A DNA stretch of 61,725 nucleotides, counting the filler, from Bipalium vagum (lineage: Eukaryota), in assembly GCA_037834085.1 (NCBI GenBank). It is 3 parts of 3 records of this genome, joined end to end, with 100 filler letters (N's around TTAATTAATTAA, not from the genome) between each part and the next. Parts side by side here need not be neighbours in the genome. Positions count along the whole stretch, not along the records: positions 41,597 to 61,725 come from JBBMKC010259718.1; 2 more parts are not named here. The stretch is one strand, 5' to 3'. The position numbers were made by a program, and so were the translations under genes. The notes under the pieces were generated by a model. The model worked only from the letters and a program-made list of their open reading frames with translations. It did not search any database and was not told where the DNA came from. The number at the start of each line of letters is the position of its first letter. Position 1 is the stretch's first letter. Below, in pieces: positions 51,269-61,725 of the stretch.

Positions 51269-53986
51269 AACTACATAATGGGTATCACTAAGTTTTGAAA
51301 CTTAACAATTCAACAAAATAAAATATAAAAATAAAATTCTAATGGAATGAAAAGTTAAATCAATATGATATAAATCAAGTGAATAAGGAGAACAAAAACA
51401 AATTAAAACCGTATAACATGATATTGACCTAGGTTTGAGTATCACAAAGGTTACTCGAGTCTAACTATTTACCCATTGACCTTTTTTTGAAGTCCGTCTC
51501 GTATTATGAATAAACTGTCAAATCAATTCTGTAAGTCAACTTTTAAAAAATTAACTTTAGTTATAAATCAACCTTCAATCAATAATATCAATTTATTATT
51601 TAATTTCTAACCAAAATACTAAGTTTATTTTTCATCAATAACAAACTATAACATTAATTCAAAATCAATTTTTTTATTTTATAAATTAACAATGTCTCAA
51701 ATTTCAAAATTTAAAATGCCTCGATGTCTAGGATATCTCAAATACGACTATGCCTATTTAACTGTTCTCTGAGGTTCTCAGTTTTGGTAGCTCTATCACT
51801 ATGATCGACCAGTCTGCTTGATGCATTCCAAAACCGGCAACTAATCCTCTCTCAAAGTAAGTTCTTTCCGGTCAATGTGCCGATAATACTTCTGCCCTAT
51901 TTAAGGTAAATTAATCAATTCCATTTGTCTATCAGGGCAAAAAATATAATTATAAACTCTAATCATTGAAAACTCACTATAATTCCCCTGGAGCCCTTCC
52001 CGGGGAAAATTACTTACGCCCTACTTTGAGTGTCAAACTAATTTACAAAAATCCTAATCGGGCGTAAAAAAATAAAATAATTATTATTTATATTATTTTT
52101 TGCTTAGAAGTAGTTAAATCTTTATGAAGTTATTTGGGTTTCCCCACAGTCAAAATTATACTAAAAGAAATATGGTCCTCAGGAAACAACTAAAACCTCT
52201 TTGAAGAATCATTTTATATATTTCTTTGCGAAGAAGCAAAAGAAATCAACAGAATAGAATGTATCTCAAAACTAAATCATACGCTTATGCCTTTTAATAT
52301 TTAATGTAATGCTTTTATAATCGATGCTAGCTCTCATAAACAGTATTAAGTTATTTTTAAATTACTTCTCTTTCTTTTTAAATTTTTAATAATAAAAATA
52401 AAACAAATAATATTTAAACTATTAATAGTTAGATTAAAATGTATTTTCATTACAATTATTAGTTTATTAATGATTAATGATTATATTATCTTATATTTAT
52501 TATTTAATATTATTATTTATTAATACATCTTTTTAATATTTTATAATTTAATAATTTTAATTTTAAAATATAATATAGTTTTTATTTTACCCGTCAAATA
52601 ATTTTAAATTTTGTTTAAATATTAAAAGTATGTCAATCATTTTAACATTTCTTCCACTCAGAAATAATAAAAATGACAAGAAATGCTTTGAAAAATTAAT
52701 TATAAATTATATTTAAAGATCATAATAAAATTCCAAATGATAAATATTAAAAAAATTTGACAGATACCACCTTAAAGAAATGGAAAGCTTAAGTGGTTTT
52801 TATCATGAAAGTAAATACAGTAATCTTTCTTTGAAGGATTCATCAAGATAAATGTCAATATTTATATTGGAGGTTTTAAACATACCAAGTTTTAATTTTT
52901 ATTTATAATTTATATTTTTTGGTTTTTGATAAAAAGAGTAACATTTCTTATAGATTATTGGTATATATAAAAGCTATTATTTAACTGGGAATCTTTTCTG
53001 AAAATGTACTTTATAATAATTTGTCAAACACTTTCACGGAAGTCTTTTTAAAAGTTAAGTAGGTGTAAGAGGTATCAGGATATTTTGAGAAATTAAAAAA
53101 TATATATTGTGAGATAAATTGAAAATTATTCGGAGGATTTAATCGACAAAAATAGTGCAACAATCGTAATGTTTTATATTCTCCATAAAACACCTAAATA
53201 TCTCCAAAACGCAATCCTTCTACATCTTCGACAAATAATTTGAAATTATGAAAATCAAAATGTTATTATAAAGTCTATTTAATTAACTGTTTCAAAATAA
53301 AAAAGACTCTTAAATCGACTTCAACTTAGGCCCCTCAATAAAACTCCATTCTTTACAGCACCCGCACCGAGCTCGCCAGGACACAGAGCACAATTCTTGA
53401 AGTATCGGAGATTAAAAGAATCACTACCATTTTTAATCTTAATACTATATAAAACAAACCTGTTCACAAAACGGAAACCATTTTCTTCACAGTAATTCTC
53501 ATGAATTCTCAATTTCTGAATAACACTTGCTGTTTCACAATTTTCAGCCAAAATCTCTAGCTTTAAATTTTCAAATCCCTCCTCAATTCTCAGAGCTGTA
53601 TTTATCATTGTCATCAGAAAATCAAATTAAAAGTTGATCTTTTTACCCTTCACCAGAGCCAATCAACTCTGACAAGGCAAAATATCCAATGCTGATTTCA
53701 TAAAACTCTTATCACCAATTATATGACTTAAAGATAACTTCCAAAAAATTCTTCATTTTTATTATTTTGTTGTTGTGTCCGTTATTACGGAAGTTTTAAG
53801 TCTCAATGTAACACATAATATTACATCTTCATATGATCAATTATTTTAAAACTTTTATATTCCAATTGGTAACTTTTTTAACGATAAAGGAAAGTTAAGA
53901 ATTTCAAAATATTTGGTTTGTGACTAAGTTCTACATTCCTAATTTTGTATTTAATATTTATTAATTTTGGCGATGATATAGCTGTA

Positions 53987-54906
53987 CAGGGTGTCCCATA
54001 AGTCCCCGAGGAAAGTAAACTTAAATATTTCTTAAGCAGATTGAGATATTTAATCGCTTGCTTTATAAAATTAAAGAAAAATCTTTTAATTTTATTTCAT
54101 ATAAAAATATTTTCAACAATTGTTCGAAATGACTACCATTACCTGATATACATAAATTCATCCATTTTACAATATTTAAAAATATGCTATTCTAAGTTTC
54201 TGTGATAACACTTTATTTCTTCGGTGATTATTTTTTTCAAATCGTCAATATTTTGATTTCAGATTTGTATATTTTTTTCTTTAAATGGCCCATAAATAGA
54301 AGTCAAGAGGAGTTAAATCTGGTGAATGGGGAGCCCTTCGAATTGAATCACCTCTTCCAATCCACCTGTTCGGAAAATGAGCGTCAAGACACCGTCGTAC
54401 ATTTTTTGAGCGTGACATGGACCTTAAAGGGTTTCAATGATAACTGTTCTCTTATAATTCGATGAATTGGTGTTCGCGAAATGGAGAAGGTGGTTGCAAC
54501 AGATCGAACACTGCATTGTGGGTAACTTTCAAACACTTCCCTCATTTTCTGAACTTCATTTTCCGTGATCAGCCTTGGTCTTTCAGAACGTTCACTATCT
54601 TCCACCGATCCAATCTCACAAAGACGATGTAAAGTCTCTCTTATATCACCTTCACTTGGCGAGTTTTTCCCAAATTCCGCATTTAATTTCCGTTTAACAA
54701 TACAAATTGAGTTGAATTTTGCCATTAAAAGTACAATTTTGATTCTTAACTTCAAATCAAGCGGCATTTGCTAAATGTAATTTTAAAATATTAAAACAAA
54801 ACTTAGACTTAAACACTTTAATATTATATAAATAGAAATTTCAATCGATTGAATTTAATGAAAGATATTTAAGTTTACTTTCCACGGGGACTTATGGGAC
54901 ACCCTG
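53987..54906 (-). mobile_element. Internally deleted DD41D (rosa/VS-type) Tc1/mariner element
   Basis: Near-perfect ~40-bp TIRs cagggtgtcccataagtcccc.. with TA flanks. HTH ORF 54384-54767 is joined directly to FPNRWIGRG..SPDLTPLDFYLW. Confidence 0.92.
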
Positions 54907-56654
54907 TATAATATAAAAGTTTTCTATTAATAAAAGTTTTCTTAAATAAGAGTGGTTACAAAAATTTTAATATTTAATTGTTTTCAAATATATGCCTTTT
55001 TTATTATTAAAGAATTCACATGTCTCAAATTCAAAAACTATGAAGGTTTATCATCACAAATTCATTCCACAAAATAGCATTGTGTAGAAATTTTAATTTT
55101 AAAGGGTAGGCTGCATAAATTTACTGTAAAATTTGAGGTTTGAATCCCCATATCTTATCTTAACTTTTTTTATAAAAGTTGATTTAAAGTAATGATTTTG
55201 ATTTAAAAAGAGAAATATAGGTTGGTGAAACCTTTTTAAAGTACATTATAGATTAATTTTTACTATTATATTATTACGGAGTATATCACAACAAGGTCAA
55301 GTCAGATTTTAATAAATCTGTGCTATGTTTGTAGATTTTTTTTGTATATTATTCAACTGATAATAGTTATGTTAATAATTATTAATTGGTGCTGGTCTTA
55401 CTGTATAATTTTCTAATTTGACAAAACGAAAATGTTAAGTGATTTTTTATTTTGCTTACTCAAAAATAATTTTGGTATTATATTTTAATATTTTTTGAAA
55501 TATAAGCACTTCTTTTAATAAAATTTTAATACTTTATTTTAAAATACAAAAAACTAAAAGGAAAATTTTAATATATGTATTAATAAATGAAATGTACTTT
55601 TGATCTTAAAAATATATTATCCAGTAGACTGAATTAAAAAAAGGTTAATTAATTAAAACCATAAAATTATATTTTTCATCATTAAAAAATTGCATTTTTT
55701 AAAATTTTTTAAATATTTAAAAATATGTTTGGTTTCTTGTCTGACAGGACGATTAACATAGTAACAGATAGTTAAACAGATAAATAGAAGTTATATTCTT
55801 TATTTTAAACATATTTTAAACTTTTATCTTGGTAGATTATTATTATTTTGAAAGTATCATAAAACATCTTTTAAATCAATTTTTTGACTAAAGAGATTGT
55901 TTAAATTCATATTAAAAAATCGATTATCATAAAAAATAAAATCGAATTTATTGATGATTTTAATTAAAATATTACGTTATTTTCTCTTTTACTTATTATA
56001 CAGTTTACTTTTATCTACGAAATCTGAATTTATTTTTTATGTAGTCTTTATAAAATTAATATAATATTATAATAATATAATAGCATATTATGTTAAGACC
56101 TAAAAATAATTATAAAGTTTGTAATAAATAAATATTTTAAGTAGTCTTATAATTTATATTTGATAAATTCCATATTTTAATTAAAATGTCTATGCCTTAT
56201 AAAACAAAAAAGTTATTTTTATTATACTTTCTGTTTACCTACCTGGTGTTTACATAATTTTTTAAATATATAAATTTTATATATAAAATTGTGAAAATTA
56301 AAAAAATCTCTTCTTTAAATTGTTAAGAACCTAAAAAGATGTAAAATATGTGGAGCTGTGTGTTTAGGACTTGACGATGAAGGTTGCTTTTAAGTTGATT
56401 TAAGTTTACAAAGTATATTTTGAATAAAGTGATATTATTTTTACAAAAGCATGAGTATCGTCCTTGATGGATATTTTCAAAATTATTAGTTAAAATTATT
56501 GGGGAATTTATTTAAGAAAAATCCTCTCGCTCGTAGGCTCTGAGGTCCTCAATAAAGAAAAACAATTTATTTCACCGTCCTACTTAGTGTGTGAAATAAG
56601 AACAGTAGAAGAAAAAAGGTTGAAGGAATGGGAAGTTAAAAAGTTAATTGATCA

Positions 56655-57404
56655 AACTCACCGAAGACCAAAAAATGGCTCGAATTGATCATAGCAAAGA
56701 CATCATTAAAAGTGCTCTGAAGACCCAAACTTCTTGAAAACGAGTGTTACCGGTGACGAGAGGTGGTGTTTTAGGTATGAACCCGAAAAAAAGCGGCAGT
56801 TTGCTAAATGGAGATCGCCGGATGAGGGAAAACCGAAAAATCTCGTTTCAAAAAATCAAAAGTGAAGGTTATGCTGATTTGCTTTTACGATTCCAAAGGA
56901 ATTATCCACAAAGAGTTTGTTTTACCCGGCCAAACAATCACAGAAGACTTTTACTTAGATGTTATGAAGCGATTGCTGGCAAGAATTCGTCGTGTTCGGC
57001 CAGAATATCGAGAAAATGACAGTTGGACTCTTTTGCATGATAATGCACCATCACATCGTTCAAGAGTCGTGACTGAATTTTTGGTCAAAAATCAGATTAT
57101 TGCTTTGCAACATTCACCTTATTCACCTGATCTCGCTCCGTGCGACTACTATCTGTTTCCCAAGCTTCATTTTACGATCAAAGGAAAGCTTCACGAGTCG
57201 GTTGAGGCAATCAAAAGTACGGTGACCGATGTCCTAAAGACCATTACCAAAAGGGACATGGAGAAGTCGTTTGATAACTTCTTAGTGCGTGCAAATTTGT
57301 GCATCGGTGCAGAAGGCGATTACATTGATTAATAAATATTTTTTTTCAAAATAAACATTGGTTGCCTTTTTTTAAAGTTCGGTTATTTTTGGAATGGAGG
57401 GTGT
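56655..57404 (+). mobile_element. 5'-truncated mariner (DD34D, irritans-like) transposase with 3' TIR
   Basis: VTGDERW, KVMLICFYDSKG, LLHDNAPSH, YSPDLAPCDYYLFPKL, GDYID*; gttcggttatttttggaatggagggtgta end. Confidence 0.95.
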
Positions 57405-58076
57405 ATACATTTTATTTTGTCAGATTCATTTTTGAGCTTTGTGTGACATTTGGATGATTAATTCGACAAATAACATTTTTGTTCAGATAAAAAAAATATT
57501 TTCTCTAAATTTTCCGCTAGTCTTTCTATTATTACATTTTTAATTAATAATTATCGAAGAGATTAAAAGAAACAACCTGCGTTCCGTTAAAAGAAATTAA
57601 ACCATTTGATTCCACGAATTTATTACATTTACGAATGTAATTCCCCTCTTCGCCAATTATGTATTCAATTTTCGGAAAATGTTTTTTAAAACAAATGTCG
57701 TTGTAATTTAAATAAAGTGTTGTTTAAGCGATATCTGCTTAGATGTTAAAATTTTAAACAAAGCATATACAGAATTTGAAATTCTGTATTTTAGAAAGCC
57801 TGTCTGGATGATGGGAGTCTATTAAATTGTTTTGTAAAAGTTTTTGATTAAAGATTTTTGAAAATTTTTATTCTCTATACCGCTCTCCTATTTCTCATTT
57901 TTCTCAGATTTTATCACAATATTTCTTTTAATTTTATAAATTTGTGTTAAGTTTTCCATTCTGATATAAAATTTCAATCTGAGAATAATTAAATTTTGTA
58001 GGAACAATTGAAATTTTATCAGTTATTCTTTCAGAAAATTAAATTCCACTATCACTACTACTACTAATCAGAATAA

Positions 58077-58078
<2 letters not shown>

Positions 58079-58150
<72 letters not shown>
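58079..58150. repeat. (AAT)n microsatellite
   Basis: Perfect run. Confidence 0.97.
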
Positions 58151-58152
<2 letters not shown>

Positions 58153-60654
58153 TAAAATCAAGCTTTAATTAACCCTATAAAAGCAATAAAAAAATTAATA
58201 AAAGTACAGAAATAATCCTACTTTAAAATTACATAAAATAAAAGAAAATTCTCCAAAACTAATTCCATTTTTGAAAAGGGTAGTTAAAAAAATAATAAGT
58301 ATATTTATGAAATAAAAATGAAAAGCAATTTCAAGAAATTTTAAGAATTTTAAGCGGTTTTAAGCCTTTGAGATTATTTTAGGAGTAATTTCCATGTCAA
58401 GATCATCAAAAGGTATAAAAGGAGAAAGATTTTTCCAGAATATTGCCCTCTAAAGCGTTCAAGACTTTTTTGAATTACTACACAATTATTATTGTTTGTG
58501 AAGAAGCTTAATGTTTAAAATTCGAGAAAAGAGTTCATTTTCATATTAATACGAAAATTATGTTTAAATTCCCCATCATATGTATATCTGTGAGTAACAA
58601 TAGAGCTCAGGTTATAGTTCGGGAATTTAGACGGAAGACGAATTGTAAGATTATTTTTTGTTTTTCCTTTTAAATTTAAATTATTATTTTTGTTTTAATT
58701 ATTCGTGTCTTATTTTAATTAACTTTTATTATTTAATTTTTATTTGATTAATATTTTTTTTGTGACACTTATATTGATTTTTTTTGTTGCTATTAGCGTG
58801 TGATATAAATAAAATTTATTGCTTTACTGATTTTTGTTATTTTTCACCAACTAAGATTGGGAGTCAGGTAAAAATTGATATCCCAAATATTGATCATATA
58901 TTAAAATAAAAAAAATAGTCCAATATCCATTGAGCACTAATCAAAAATTATTATAATATTTATTTTCGTTTTGATTTTGTGATTTAATAAATTTTGTGAT
59001 TTTTGATTTTTGACAAAATGACATTTATGCCTTACTATTATTTTTAAGCCTTTTGACAGCTCATACAAGTCCTTACCATTTTGTTTCATGTTTCCCAGTT
59101 TTCTGTTACGGTGACTTGTGAATAAAATCGATTCATTTAAAACAAAATAAAACCAAACAAGTTTTATTCGAAATTGATATATCGGTCCTAAGAATTATTA
59201 AGGGAAATTTACTCTAATTTGCATTAATTGAAGATAATCTGAGAGCCCTTGAAAAATGAATTCAGTGTAAATACCAATTTCGTTCCATGTAAATCCTGAA
59301 CCGAAAACTGAAAATAACATAAAAAATAATCCTGTTCCAAAGAAAACATAATGTCATGTTCTAAAACCAACGTTAATATCAAATTTTCTTGTTTCGAAAG
59401 AGATGTTATTTATCAATAATTCACTGTGAGCAAATTATGAAGTTTCTGGCAAATGTTTTCCTAACCAGAGAAAACCATAAATTCAATATTTTATCAATGA
59501 TTAATTCCTTGTGTTGGAGAATATGTACATTTATGTTTCCAGTCATAAAAGAGTCTTGAGTAAATAATAATCTCTTTAACAAAATTTCTTCATTTAATAA
59601 ACTTAAACTTGAATTTATAATTAATTATTCCAAATAACATTTCTCATCTTAAATATTTACAATGATGACGTTTTAATATAATATTTATTTTATTTTAATT
59701 ATAATATTTTATTTTATTTTAATTATAATATTTTATTTTAATTAAAATTATTATTTTATATTTAATTATATTTATTGATTGAATTAAATAACGACCAAAT
59801 ATTGTTAAAGCACACAAAAAAAATAAAGAATTAAAGTTTATTTGTTAAGTAAAATTTTATATTAAAATTTAAATCAAATTTTCTTTCAAAAATTAATTGG
59901 GTTATAAATTGAGAATGTTCTATGAATGTTTTTCATTTATTTTTTATTCATTTATTCATAATCCGTTCTTACTTTATCAATGTTTTATTTATTAATATTA
60001 GAAAACGTATTTATAAAGTTTCATAAACCACACTATTTTTGTGCAATTTTAATGATTTTTCCATCGATCTCATTTGCTTAATACAGTCGACGAGGAATTA
60101 GGATGTAACGTCATTCATCTTCAATTTCAGTCTTTCGGGACGGGAAAAATAAGAAATTAAATTTGGTTGTGAAATCAAAAATCGTGAAATTATAAAATCA
60201 TAAGCTTAGTGTTACATAACAATCGATAATATTTATTTTAAAAAATCCAATAACATGGTTTGTTTTTTTAGTTTTCTCTATTTTTTTATTACAGAACAAG
60301 ATTCTCCAGATATAGCTCGTTGTCTAATATCATGACCTTTTTAAAATGAAAGTATCCATCCTATTGCCGTTTTTTCTGATTCGGGCATTATATTTTCAGT
60401 ATTTGCACATCTAGTTGCTGGTTCCATTAAATAAATAAAATTATAAATTATTTATATATATCCTTAGTAATTATTATTCATTAAATATTATTATTATAAT
60501 TATTATTATTTATTTAAATATTACCTTTGTTTCATTATTAACAACCAAGTCATACAATCTTGAATTGACTGACGGGAATGTTGTAATATTTTCGGAATAT
60601 TTTCTTTTGTATTATTTAATCGTATTAATATCTACGATTTTTCAGCATTTTCCA

Positions 60655-61455
60655 ATAAATTTTCTGAGTTTAAGAGAGGTTGCAGTGCTGCAGAAACTAC
60701 ACGTAGGACTAAAAAGTCTTTGGTGAAGAGTCACATTCCAACGGATGTACGAAAAAATGGTTAAAACAATTTCAAAATGGTAGAACGAATCTTGAAGACC
60801 AAACACGGTCTGGCCGACCACGGGCTGATATTGATGATGCCATACTAAAGGCAATTCATTTCAATCCGAGGTCGACATTATATGAATTATAATGTAGACC
60901 TGATCTATCCTAATCAGCCATCTGGAATCATTAGAAACGTTTGGGATTTATCAATAGATTGGACAAAATTGTGCCTCAAAATTTAAGCGAATCTCACCGA
61001 AAACATGGGTTATACATTTGATCTTCTTTGTTAATGCACATCAAAATGGATGCATACTTAAGGTAGACGAGAAGTGGGTCTTGTATGATAATTTTTGACG
61101 TTTGTCTTCATGGGTACAACCTGGTCAAATCTCTGACCAGTCTTCTAAATCTGATATCAATCAAAAGGGTTTGCTCAGTGTCTGGTGGTCAACAAGTAGC
61201 ATTATACATTGAGAACGTCTTCATAGCCGTCAAACAATTAATTCCGATGTCTGCTGCCAACCAATAGATAGAGTTCATTCATCTTTGCTTGAAAAATAAC
61301 CGTTTAATCAATCGAAAGGGTGTAATTGTTTTGCAGGACAGCACAAAGCTAAGCTCTATGTTGCCTGATTGACTCAAAATAAATTTGCAAGTCTTAATTG
61401 GGAAACTTTGCCGCATCCGCCATATAATCCAATCACTCTCAGACTACCATCTTTT
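60655..61455 (+). mobile_element. Degenerate mariner transposase, near full length
   Basis: EFKRGCSAAETTR, KWLKQFQNGRTNLEDQTRSGRP, DEKWVLYDN, KGVIVLQD, WETLPHPPYNP..DYHLF. Confidence 0.88.
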
Positions 61456-61650
61456 TTATATCAATTTCAAATTTCCTTGCCTGTCGAAAGTATCAAGAAC
61501 GTCTTCCAGCCAGTAATGCAATAAATGCGTTCTTTGAATAAATAAAGAACTAAAATTTCTTTTGATATCGTAAAAATCAAAACGTTGGCAATTAATTGCG
61601 TATTTATAGTTCCAATTTGTGTACATAAATAAACTTTTTCTATGGTACAT
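61456..61650 (-). mobile_element. mariner C-terminal fragment in opposite orientation
   Basis: The minus strand reads like the mariner terminus (FFS...RI..L...W..V.D..G). Confidence 0.45.
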
Positions 61651-61698
61651 TGTTTTAAATTTTTTTGAGGAAAAAAGTAAAGACTTATTGAAAGCCCT

Positions 61699-61725
61699 AA
61701 TAATAATAATAATAATAACAATAAT
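61699..61725. repeat. (TAA)n microsatellite
   Basis: Run at the window end. Confidence 0.85.

Noticed and set aside
55100-55152. ggtttgaatcccc B-box-like motif (tRNA/SINE)
   Set aside because: No cloverleaf or A-box can be formed
1-61725. CRISPR arrays or prokaryotic operons/defence systems
   Set aside because: The sequence is eukaryotic (spliceosomal introns); no repeat-spacer arrays seen

Overview
AT-rich animal genomic DNA with short GT-AG introns, abundant (TAA/TTA)n microsatellites and two 100-bp N-gaps that carry an artificial TTAATTAATTAA spacer. A planarian/flatworm host is my best guess, inferred from a scarf-like C-type lectin and the repeat repertoire. Host genes: a PTP1B/TC-PTP-like tyrosine phosphatase (16705-21194, -), a secreted four-exon C-type lectin (24459-25068, +), an unknown multi-exon gene starting with an FFAT motif (-, start 3545) and an orphan EXTL3 fragment. 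The rest is a transposon graveyard: Tc1 (IR/DR), several mariners, DD41D, IS630-like, pogo, hAT, a Polinton integrase piece, a NeSL-type ZnF-Ulp1 retroposon piece and LTR-like repeats. The standout is a decayed Ty3/Gypsy-type element (~6045-12170, +). Its apparent single polyprotein runs AT-hook/unknown domain -> chuvirus-like (class III) envelope glycoprotein -> aspartic protease -> RT -> REXO4/ISG20-like DEDDh exonuclease -> charged ORF -> PPT/LTR. The env therefore lies upstream of pol and in frame with the protease, and the element carries a captured 3'-5' exonuclease. All homology calls come from motif recognition by eye; no database search was run.
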